From assembly GCA_951406725.2 (NCBI GenBank), contig OX597822.1:28148001-28212000 (forward strand): DNA of 64,000 bases. The letters are read 5' to 3'. The notes below the pieces were generated by a model. It worked only from the letters and a program-made list of their open reading frames with translations, was not told where the DNA came from and ran no database searches. A program made the translations under genes and the position numbers. Of this stretch, positions 52,163 to 64,000 are shown in pieces. Source of the DNA: Octopus vulgaris (Eukaryota). Numbering within the stretch: the first letter of the stretch is position 1; the number at the start of each line of letters is the position of its first letter.

Positions 52163-52860
52163 TAACAAATAGCAATATAAAAATCAAAATTTTTACAATC
52201 AAAACAAAACAGAATTCAATAATATTGTTTCCACAAGAAATTCATGACTTACCTAAGAAAATCTGTTTACTGAATTTTAAACGTAAAAACGTAGGCCTTA
52301 GCGTTTATAAGAAATGTATCTCGTGAAGACGTTGCGTAAATAAAAAATGAAATAAATATATAGAAGTATGCATTATATTAATGAAAATCGCGAAAGATAT
52401 TAAGATTCTAGAATCAGCGTATAATAGAACAAAAAAACAAAACTATTAATTACTATTTATTAGAAGATTTAAAGTCGAAATAATTAATACTAGAATACGT
52501 AATATATACATAATATACTCAAATTAATTTATATTACAATAATTAGTAGATATTCATTAATTTATATATTCATTTATTTATTTAAGAAACATTCAAGTTT
52601 AAACGTATTCAAATAATGTAATATACAACATATAATATCATGCTAATTTATACACTGTACGTAAATTATTTCTACAGCAAATTAGTAGCAAAACAAAGTG
52701 TTTTATATATACGGAAAAATTAGCTAAACTTATTATAAGATAAATGTAATTTATGGTTGCATTAATTTTTCTTTCGTCTTATTATTAAATAATTTTTCCT
52801 TAAATTCATTAGTACACAACAAGAATTACGACCTATACGATAAGCTTCTATAAGAATATA
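51060..52860 (-). repeat. AT-rich hammerhead-bearing repeat in partial tandem (period ~0.8 kb)
   Basis: 51480-51900 resembles 52285-52720; both resemble the reverse complement of 36060-36720. Confidence 0.6.
51215..51299 (-). ncRNA. Type-I hammerhead ribozyme with intact core and long loop II
   Basis: Minus strand UAGAC-CUGAUGA-GUGA(AT-rich loop)UCCC-GAAACACGUGUA-GUAUA; perfect CUGAUGA/GAAA, palindromic ACACGUGU stem III, GUA triplet; one mismatch each in stems I and II. Confidence 0.7.
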
Positions 52861-52889
52861 TAAGGTAATTAAAGGTAATTAAAATTCAT

Positions 52890-53662
52890 TAAAATGACAC
52901 ATCTATCTGACGTTCAAAGTGGTCGAAAGCTGGATTTCACGGGAGAAATATAATCAGAAAACCACTACTTTTGAAACCAAACGATGCAAAGCGTTTAGAG
53001 TGGAGTAAAATGCTACAGTATTAGTCCATTGAGCATTGGAACAATGTTATTTTCTCGAAAGAGTCATCGTGTACCGTATTTCCGACCACCGGCCAAGTAT
53101 ATCTGTGGAGACCAACAAAAGAAGTATTTGACACATACTGTTAAACATAGAGGTGGATCTGTGATGATCTGGGCGGCTATAACTAGGAACTCCGCCGGCC
53201 AAGTGGTTTCCCTTCATGGTAGAATTCCTCAAGACTGTTTAAGCATAGTATTTGATCAAATTCATCCCATGGTTGCAGAACTGTTCCCGGAGCGAAACGC
53301 AATCTTTCAGAATGATAATGCACCAATTCACTCAGCTAAGGTTGTTACTGAATGGCACGAGGAACATTCTAGTGAAGTGGAATAACTTATCTGAGCACAC
53401 AGTCTCTAGTTCTCAATATTATTGAACATTTAAGGTGTGTTGTAGTAAAACACGTAAGGAGTCGATATCCATCATCACTACAAGAATGGGAGACTGATTT
53501 AGATGAAGAATGGATACAAATTCCTTTCCAAACAATTCAAAATTGGAACGAGCCCCTACCTCATAGACTTCAAGCTGTAATTACTACCAAAGGCGGTCCT
53601 ACGTCTTATCAAAATCAATTTGTTAGAAATGTTAAGGTGTTTCAATTATTTTGTGTAACCCA

Positions 53663-53665
<3 letters not shown>
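52890..53665 (+). mobile_element. Decayed Tc1-like transposon
   Basis: TVKHRGGSVMIWAAI and FQNDNAPIH motifs; 3' end caattattttgtgtaacccag-TA. Confidence 0.85.
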
Positions 53666-53708
<43 letters not shown>

Positions 53709-53737
53709 TTACATATATGTATGTACATACATATATA

Positions 53738-53803
<66 letters not shown>

Positions 53804-53843
53804 CTAACTATACATGTATACAAATGTACATATATATACATAA

Positions 53844-53874
<31 letters not shown>

Positions 53875-53876
<2 letters not shown>

Positions 53877-54205
53877 CGTGCCATCCGCCCACCCGTGCCA
53901 TGTCGCACTCTCATCTCATAACAACAATACACAATTACTTCACCTCAGTTGGCCCCCTCTCTTTAACATTACACCAAAACACATTAAAACAGAAACTGAC
54001 CCTATAGGGTTCAAGAAGTCTTTGGATTCCTCCAAGAAATCCCGGATAAACCCCCTACACCCGGATATGTCTCTGTAAACAATAACTCTCTATTGAGTGG
54101 GCCATAGTGCCCAAATTCTGACTTGAAAGACTTCACCAGGTGGTGCTATTAAGTTAGACATGGCCTGGGCCAATAATGGCCGAAACCTATCAAAGTATCA
54201 AAGTA
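53875..54205 (+). mobile_element. CR1-like LINE 3' fragment, related to 28113-29378
   Basis: [14 protein letters not shown] remnant and near-identical tail ggtggtgctattaagttagacatggcctgg. Confidence 0.8.
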
Positions 54206-54248
54206 AGTATATATATATATATATATATATATACGTATTTGTATATTT

Positions 54249-54307
<59 letters not shown>

Positions 54308-55340
54308 CATTTATATATACATATATATGCATACACACATACGCACACACACATATATGATACTTTCATTATTAATAAATTTGATTTTCGATTTTCGTGC
54401 ATTCACAAAATCCTCCGAACCTTTAGATAATTTTAATGTATAGCATAACCCTCTAGCCCCTGTTTTATATATCCTTTTCAACACTAAACTCACTTTTTAC
54501 ATTCTACCAATGTCTCTGTAGTAGAATCATCAATGCGGTTATATAGTAATAGGCTTCCTAACCTCCAAGCCCCCAAATGAACTTTCGTCATTTTAGTTAT
54601 ATTTTGGTTACTCTAATATAACTTTTATAACTACTTATACCTGTTTTAAATGGTACTTAAACGCATCCATAATATTTCAATAGATTGCCAACACTCTTGT
54701 CCTTGTACCATACTTTTATTATATTTTATTACATTTCATTATATTTTGATCTTATCGTACCCATTAATCCTGATCTTATAACTGTATTAACTAAAAGTAA
54801 ATAAACACTTGATCTGTACGCGCTATAATCTAATTAATACTGATCCAATTTTTTATATCATTGATCTGAATGATGGCCTTCTATAACCTGAAATGTTTAT
54901 AAAAATAAATTTTTCTTTATATCCCATACTTTTTATCATATTGCTTTAACAACTTCGCAAGTATGCTTTAATGGTATATACACTGAATTATACTCTATTA
55001 TACTTATAAACGATTAATAAGTACTTTGAATTTATATTAAAACGTCCATTTATATTGATATTCATATTTTATATACTATATATTTATTATTTATATATGA
55101 TTGTTTATAACCTATCATAAGAACTATTTTATGCATTATGTACTAATATCCCTCATGTGGTATGCAATATGTATAAATACTATTTTATATATCATAATTT
55201 TTAAATTTACAATATGAATGAATCTGCGACTACGGCCGGGTTTATCTATTCTATTCGCTTCAAATCGATGCTTGGAAATTTATATTTTACTTCTTTCTAT
55301 TTTCTTATTTGTCCTATACTTTTATAAACAGTTATTGAAT

Positions 55341-56250
55341 TACTAGAAGACATACCTACGTTGCTCGGGCTTTAAATGGTATAGTTTTTACATATGGTAC
55401 AGTTAGGTTGAAAAATGACACGGGAATGTGCAGCATTCACAAAACATTTGTGGAGTAAATGAAGGACTAATTCGACTAAGTGACTTGTCATGCGTCTCAT
55501 TGGAAGTTTCCAGGCACTAACGTTGCCGTAGAAAATGTGGGTGGAGGTGTGATTTTTGAATGCGCCAAAAAACTGTTAGTGGATACACTCTCCTTTGCGG
55601 CTGTGGGCGTTGCAGCCACCTCGTTGAACAATCAGCAGACATAGGAACTACATCGATGTGATAAATAAAGTCTGTGAGCGCGCTAAACAGCAACACAAGA
55701 GATAAATCTTCATGAAAGTTCTGACGTGTTAAGGGTAAGTATTGGATGAAATTATTAATGCAGAATTCGTGGCCAGGCGAACACTGTTATCATCTATTTC
55801 CATTGCTCTTGCAGTAGCTGTACATGCAGCGTTCTGGGATTGTCTAATTGAAGTCTCATGCGATGATTCTTTTGCTCTCTTTCTTTTCAATTTCTCTGCC
55901 ACCACCATTTTTGAGCAATAGATGATCACTCCTTTGAAGACATTATATCAAGAAATATGACAATTACAAGTTAATAAGGATATCTCAATAAAAAACAATT
56001 CTTAGCAAATTTTAAGAAATGTTACCTTGCAATCAGTTATCCCGCCCCCTTCTCCACAGTAGTCATACTTGCCCCAGGAAGGTGGTTACTGACCCCATTA
56101 TTTATGATGTGAAACATTTAAAAAGTATAAAAAACATCTCTGTAACATAAGAGGTGCATGCTCCCAGTTTGAAGAAGATCATTTTCAAACTTCAGACGTT
56201 ATGCTGGTTTCCACACACACACACAGTCTGGGTTTTATATACAGAGAGAT
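55341..56250 (-). mobile_element. Helitron-derived non-autonomous element
   Basis: Minus strand TC..tatataaaa 5' end near 56248; 3' cccgagcaacg..CTAG at 55341. Confidence 0.6.
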
Positions 56251-56442
56251 ATTTATTATATATTCTATCATTTTATTATTTCTTCATAACTATAATTTTC
56301 TTTCCAGTTTACCTTTTATTCTCTATTTTACTTTATCCTATTACGTCACATTCTTTCATTTTTATTTCATTCTATCATACTATTTCTTACAATATTATTT
56401 GTATAGTCAATATCTACCAATTACATGTTTTTATTTTCTTGC

Positions 56443-56473
<31 letters not shown>

Positions 56474-58842
56474 AAATCTCATGTATTATATATATCTTAT
56501 GTGGAATAAATAATGTTACAATATTATTCGGCTTTTGTTACTATTCACAAGAACATATTATCTCTGTCATTCTAGCCATACGGGAAGGTGACATCTTTAT
56601 AATTCCTGGTTAAAATCTGCTTCTATTTTTCAGCAACGTAATTTCAAAAGTTACATACATCCTCAGTAATTCCGTTTCCCAAAGTCAATGTGTGGCAGTG
56701 GATCCATGTCTGTGACTAGGTCGTACATACTACAATAAAACTAAGAAATGTTTAAGTAGTTGTGTTTTTTAATGTTCTTTTTAATTACTAATTTAACTGT
56801 TTTAGCTTCAACGCACAGTCTCAATTAAAACTTTTGCCATGCGAGTTTATCTCCGGACTAAGGTCTATATTCAGTCCAAAAATGAGAAATCCACAAAAGA
56901 AATACGGTAAAAATCTAACAAAAGAAATACAGTAAAAAAATATGTCATTGAAAATGTTTGATGGATCTATTTTAACGACGAAGGTTATGAGAATGAGTGA
57001 TATAACCGGAAAGATTCAGTGAAATAACCCCACTGTTTATGCGCTAAAATCATCTCTCTCTCCCTCTCACTCTCTCATTCTCGTGCAAGCATACATTCAC
57101 AGACACAATCGTCATTGAATTGTGGTATGTGAAGACGAAATCTACTGGTAGTCGTAATACAACGTAATACAATCTTAACCTGTGACCCCACCGAGGTTAC
57201 TTGATGAAGAGGGTTTATGTTTTGTCTTTATTCCTGCATATTCGGACAGGCTATGAAAAAGTAACAGAATGGGTTTTATATAGGCACAATATCCGGAATT
57301 TTGAGGGATGCAGATAATTGGATCCAAAGGGATTAAAGTCATATTGACTTCGACTGGAAACGTAGTCTCGGGGAAAATACCTCAATGATTTTTCTTGGAA
57401 GCTCTAGAATTTACAACCTCATTTACAACCATTTCGAAGTCAATGTCATATTTCATTCATTTACTCTCGCGCCGAATACAGGGTTAACAGGTATCATGAG
57501 ATCTCTGACAAAGTGATTTTAATCTGATTTAAATTTTTCACATGGCTAAACAATTCTGTACGAAATATATATATAAATAGGTACCTCTACAAGATGTAAT
57601 TCGTCTGAGACAGCAAGACGGTAATTTTGACGAGTTATACGTTTAGATATTTTACCTCCACATATGCAACGTTAAACCTTACATTCAATGTTTCAGTGTG
57701 GATGGTGCAGTGTCTATATGAATTTTGCTAATTATTGGCCAAGCAAACGCTGCGCTCGGATCTATCTATCCATTGTTGATCCCATCATCTATCCACGAGT
57801 CTCCAGTAAATTTAGGCAACCTCTACTCCTTTGCGGGCGAATGCAAGCCACGATGATTGCAACTGTTTCTCTCCCAACTTCCCTCTATCATTTTCCCAAA
57901 ATATTTCACATAAACAGAAATCAAACACAAACATATAGTAGACTGAATGACTGTAAAATAAACGTTGGATAGCAGAACATCAATTGTAAGTTACTTAAGT
58001 AAATATTATTGATAATTGTACAAATCAGAATGTTTATAATGATTCAATATTAAGATAAATAATCTGAACATATTTGAAGGTCCAACTCGATTCACTGAAC
58101 AAAAGATGGAGTCAAAGCAACACTGGGATCCACAATTTGGTGCTTTGACCTGCTAAAACTAACTGCTGAATCTCCTTCATTTTACACCAACCTGCCCGTA
58201 AAGCATACTAGATTACTACCCAGCGTAGCCCGGTAAAGTATTCACGAAATTATCTGCCATTTGTAGCATGAGAATTCATGATACTTATGCATGTTTATAT
58301 ATTTAACTTAACTTCTGGACTTTTTTAATTGTTACTATCCAAACAATAGTAATCAATTTAATGTCTGAAGAAAATTGTGAGTATGAATACATTGATAATG
58401 TTTTCTGTAATGAAGAATAGAGACAAAATTACTTCTTGGTTATTTGAAGGAGAAAACTTTTCTTACAACATTGTATGACAAATCTGAAATGATGAACCGA
58501 TAAATAAACTCCACAAAACAGATGTTTCTCTATGTCAGTGTGTATGTGTGTGAATGTGTATGTGTGCGTGTGTGTGTGTGTATGCGCGTGTGTGTGTGTG
58601 TCTGCGTCAAAAAGTGGACCTTTTTCTTAGAGTATGATAAAGAGAGATAGAACGAAGACTATGTGTGTGTATATGTCAGAGATAGCAAACGTGTGTTTGT
58701 GTTGATCCACACACCATGACATTCATTATATGTGTGTTATGTTCCCCAACATCTCTTGACAACCGATTTTGGTGTGTTTACGTCCTTGTAACCTAGCGGT
58801 TCAGCAAAAGGGACCGATAGGATAAGTACTAGGCAAATCGAT

Positions 58843-59120
58843 CGAGACATAAATACTTTTAAAATATAGGTTGCTGCATAAAATGTAACACTAATATTTA
58901 GGATGTTACATTATTTCCAGAATATATTACAAAATTGAAAGCGATATAGAAAGTTTGCACACATGTTTTTGTCATCAATATTGTTATCTATATAATGAAT
59001 GTTGTTCAGATGTGATCAGCGAGACTATAATTGAACATGGAACATCATCAACAGATTATAGCTGCAGGACAATTAACGATAATAAATTAGACAGTTACTT
59101 TGTTTGACCCCTGTCAAGCG
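58843..59120 (+). pseudogene. Relic third copy of the Mth-like GPCR (5' region and SMB-like domain only)
   Basis: Nucleotide similarity to 47940-48285. Translates DIESLHTCFCHQYCYLYNECCSDVISETIIEHGTSSTDYSCRTINDNKLDSYF*; the ATG at 58903 runs into an early stop. Confidence 0.88.
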
Positions 59121-60166
59121 TGTATATTCCTTATTTTTGCTGCGAGTGTCTTCTGCCTTTCTATTAGAAATGTTTTCCTGGGAATGTATTTTAAGTGAAA
59201 AGAAATCGTACGCGATAGAGAATTCATCTTAATAGCATATTTCTGTGGACCAGACCTTTAGATGTTATTTTTAGCATAACGAGTTTTCTGGGGAGGGCTT
59301 CATCTGCCTTCATTGCCTGTTTGTTGCTTCAGTGGAACTCTAGGGATGCACAAACGCACAAAACGGAGAAAATGAAACAAATATGGACGACATGTTACGA
59401 AACACTCCCGAGTGGGGAACAGTTCTCAAATGTAACCCCCAATTGTTTTCTCCCAAAATTCCTATGTCTTCGGAATCTACATAGTCCGAGATAAATTTGT
59501 AGAGAATTTCATTAAATAATATTAATTTTCTTGAAAGTTAAGACGAATTGAAGTGGAATCTTCAGAAAATCCCTACTCCCTCCTAAAACTCCTACCCACA
59601 AAATTTTGTATTTTCGGAATCTACATGACATCACACATATTTGTAGAAAGGTTTATTACAAAATATCCTTTTTTCTGAAAGTTATGATCATCCAAATTGG
59701 CGTGGCGGCGGGAATTTGTAATTGAAAACTTAGACTTACAGTGAAAACAATAACATGGAAGTTAAACAATGTCGTATGAAAATTGAAATTGTAAATATCG
59801 TCTGAAAAATGAAAGTGAAAACAAGAGATATAAATAGAGAAATATGTTATAGAGAGTTTGAAATAATTAGAAACAAATGGATAGAGAGAGATACATAAAG
59901 ATATATGTTACGTCACAAACGCTAGAAAACCGGAAGTAAACATTTAAAAATCTTTCAAAGGTGTGAATGTAATATAAAAAGCAATAGTTTTTTTTAATAA
60001 TTTCTAATAAAAAAAAGTCGAATGAACAGCCTATCATTTGACCGAGGTCGAATTATTCATGCATCACAAGTATGAAAGCAATTGTTGAATCCGTTTCCGC
60101 GCGAAAAGCGAATACGCGTACATCTCTATTTTATATATTACTAGATATATGTATGTATATGTAGGC

Positions 60167-60246
<80 letters not shown>

Positions 60247-61599
60247 ATGGTATGAAAACAAAAAATGAATGAAACCTCGATATTATGTGAATAGAGGATT
60301 TTATCTGTAATATCATATATGACAATTAATCGGTTGCCATAACTAAACTTTACGCTTCGTACATCGGTCTGGAAACTACTCTGGCATCTCGTCAGTTCTT
60401 AAGACAATCAAAATATTCTATGAAAGAAATGGAAATTACTATGACCGTTATTAAGTCAAACAAAAGAGCTATTAGAATGACCGTTAAATAAAGGGAACAA
60501 ACGCGAAGGGGAGGAAGTGAAAAAGTAAAAAGGATCATAGAATTCGCGTATGAGCGCATGTATATACATACACATGTCCGCACGCACACCCACGTACATG
60601 TGCCGCTATGCATAAGCACACCAACACGTGCGTGAAACACATTCAAGCACACTCATACACACGTCTATATGTGCACATATATATGCAACCATACACATGT
60701 ACACATATACATATCCGCACACACGCACACGCGTGCACATACCCATACTCGCACAACTATATTGATATATACATCTAATTACGCACATGTTATATGTTCA
60801 TATTCTCACTCACACTCGTGTGAAACACGTGGATGTATACCCATATATATATATATGCAACCATACGCATGTACACATATACATACCCGCACACACGCAC
60901 ACACACACGTATATACCCATACACGCACAAATATGTTCATATACACTTCTATATACACAAATAGACAAAAATGCAGAATGAAAGGTAAAATACAGAAAGA
61001 ATATGTAAGAATATATAAAACAATAAAAATATATAAAAATATATATAAATACATGTAAAACATATATGCAAAATTATATATAAAAAATATGGAGAAATAA
61101 AATACTTGTACGTGGAAACAATATAAAAAGTATTTTCTATTTGTGATCTAGTGAGGACCAAAATCGTAACAACTCTTTAGCCAAATTTGAGTATTAACCA
61201 AAATCTTCAGTTCTTGAATTTATACATGTAGCAACAGGTCACTTTTAAGTCACTTGACTATTAAAGATGATTCCACAGACAATACTACTACTGGTTTATA
61301 CCACTAACAGAGAGTATCATAGAAGAAGGCTTGCTCTTCATTTCGTAAAAGGGAAAATTCAAATGGGACCATGTTAAGACCAAAAATTATTTACGTCAAA
61401 AGTTGTTTTTTTTCTATGATAATCCGTATTTTTTACGATTTTCCACTGCTGTGTCGCTATTTTTGGTCTATTTCAACCAGGAAAATGTTCACGTAACAAG
61501 CTGTATAAAGCAAAAGGTTTACTTTTCAAAAATTCCAATTCTAAAGGGTCGAAAAGAAAACAAACCCGAGCAACGCCGAGCAATACTGCTAGTATCGAA

Positions 61600-63590
61600 T
61601 AAAACTAGATGTTTACTATTAAGTGGAATAAAAATGGCTGTTTACTAAGAAAAATATTTTCGTAATAAAATATTTGTTATTTGGAATTATTCACAGGGAA
61701 AACACCCATAACTAAAGACGACTGATGCATTTACTGAATCAGAAAAAAGGCGTAACAAGTTGGGTGATAATGGACATACTATGAACATGGTGAACATGTT
61801 TATTGGAAGTGCGAAAAATATCCAACAACATAATGCCTTTACAGTAATTATTTACTGTATAGGATGAAATGGTGAAGTCTTCCAACGACCATAATCGTAT
61901 ATCGGGCGCCACTGACATTGCAACAAAAGACGCCATTTCAAAGATAATTTAACTGGCCAAATCAACACAACATGCACCCCGTTCAGTCTTATCTACTGTT
62001 CTGGATGATTGCGATCAAGTTGTTGCCTGCAAACTACCAAAAATGCTAAGTAGTAAAAGAACAATAAGATCTATAAGGCAACAAACCCTTATTGGACCGG
62101 CCTTACCATCAACATGCAGTAAAATAGTATTCCCACCTGAAATTACTAAATCTTTTAAAGGTGTTCAATTTCTACTTTATGACTCAGGACCAGTCGAAAA
62201 GCGTATTGTGATATTTGCGGCTTAATGTACAGTGTTTCACCAGTTATATACCCTACATGGATTAAAAGGGAAAGCTTTGCTGCCGTTCGTGTTTTTGTTA
62301 TTGCCGGACAAAACAGAAGAAACATATATAACGTTTTTGCAGGAGATAAAAAATCTTGAACCAACATGTGCACCATTGTCAATAACGATATCATTTGCAA
62401 AAGCGATGATGAAAGCATTTTTGAAAGAATTTCAGCAGAACAAAACGTTTGCTTTTTCCTCTTCAGCCAATGTATCTTTCCTGTAATTCAAAGTAATGGT
62501 TTAAAACGAAAATATGAAATATACCCTAATTTTGCTTTAGTGATGAGGATGTTACCAGCATTAGCATTTGTCCCAGCAGGTAGGGCAAAAAGAGCATATG
62601 AGTTATTATTTGATAACAACATTTCCCGAAATAGCACAAGAAATCATTGATTATTTCGAGGATACGTGGATTGCAAGGTCTAAAAGAAGGGATGTGCGAC
62701 GCCTACCTCTCTTCCCCACTAAATATGTGGAATATTTATTTAAGAGTTCCAGATGATTTGCCCGAAACACATAACTTTATCCAAGAATAGCACCGAGCAT
62801 TCAAAACTCAAGTTGGGTCTCGTCACCCCAACATCTGGAAATTTATTAACTTTTTACCAAAAAAAAAATTAATTTAAGCTAAATTCGGATTAAACAGAAT
62901 ATTACTGGAATTGAACCAGAACCTCCAAAGAAGCGCTATCGAGATACTGCAAAACTTTGTGGAGCAATGAAATATTTTATGTCGTACATTTGATAATTGG
63001 TATAGCTATTAGCATAACTAATTATCCCTGGCTAGTAAAATCATTTTACTACAATTATTTTGTAATATATGGGATAATCATATCAAATTGTTAATAATTA
63101 ACAATTAATAAAAATGGAATAATATAAAATAATGTAAAGGAAAATACTATCTAACTACAATAACCTTTAATGACGTAACGCACCTCAATTGGTTGAAATA
63201 TATTTTCCGTTTTCTTCATTTTGCAAATACCGAAACTGGAAAACTTATAAAAACAACCATTACTGCAGCAGCCGTCAGAAGTATTTAGCAGAACTGAAAT
63301 ATATAGAATACACAAATCAGCAAAATTAACAAATTTTACTCTTGGAATCATTTAATTCTCCAACTTTTCAAAGTTTCATGAGGTTATCAATTACTTTTTC
63401 AATCAGGTAAATTAAATATTATTTACTTAATGGTAACTGTTCGTCATAAATTCTAGCATTCAAATTTTTTTCTTAGGTAATGCTTTGAAATGAAATTTCA
63501 GCACCGTTTTCAAAGTATACTATCCGTATATTTCTGTGGTGCATAGGCGTGAATTTGCAGTTTACAAATGATTCGCCGGTATGCTAGTCA
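61600..63590 (+). mobile_element. Mutator-like (MULE/FLYWCH) transposon remnant
   Basis: VYWKCEKY FLYWCH-like segment, QFLLYDSG, FHQLYTLHG..LLPDKTEETY and IIDYFEDTWI; long near-identity with 40245-41480. Confidence 0.87.
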
Positions 63591-63869
63591 AAAATTATAC
63601 GTTCAGACCTTCTGCAGACGATGCAATGCAAAATGCAAAATATTACAATATACATGGTCGCGGTATCTGAAATAGTTGTAGCCGTTTCTAGGAAAATGTA
63701 AATGACAAATATCAAATATTCAAATATTAAGGTAAAGCGGTACAGAAAATAATACACTACACTCACACACACATGCGTGAATGCACATACACGAACAAAT
63801 ACACACACGCACACACACATATCTATATCCACATGTGTGTATTTATGAATGTATTTTATCATACACACG

Positions 63870-63937
<68 letters not shown>

Positions 63938-64000
63938 TATGTGTGTGTATATGGTTACATGTATGCGTGCGCGCGTGCGAAAATGAATATATGTATTGTG

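Noticed and set aside
59455-59690. Two degenerate ~145-bp tandem units; CRISPR-like or structured array considered
   Set aside because: Eukaryotic context with no regular repeat-spacer pattern; likely transposon subterminal repeats.

Overview
AT-rich, microsatellite- and SINE-dense eukaryotic DNA. The SINE families and repeat landscape look like an octopus (coleoid cephalopod) genome; this is inferred from repeats only. Left part: the first seven coding exons of a minus-strand GEN1 Holliday-junction resolvase gene (19321->269, continuing off the window), with the catalytic acidic residues intact. Right part: a plus-strand cluster of single-coding-exon, Cys-rich, Methuselah-like (secretin-class 7TM) GPCRs. 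Two near-complete copies each carry one frameshift, one of them also has a ~217-aa in-frame ectodomain deletion, and there is a third relic copy. The cluster is bracketed by two direct copies of a Mutator-like element. The rest is decayed mariner/Tc1, Helitron, CR1-like and RTE-like elements. The most interesting non-coding signal is a set of at least seven type-I minimal hammerhead ribozyme motifs (CUGANGA / stem II / GAAA / palindromic stem III / NUH) in several unrelated non-coding repeats, resembling Penelope-like pseudo-LTRs or retrozymes. They include an inverted pair, and a long-loop form at the end of a ~1.1 kb AT-rich repeat present in both orientations.
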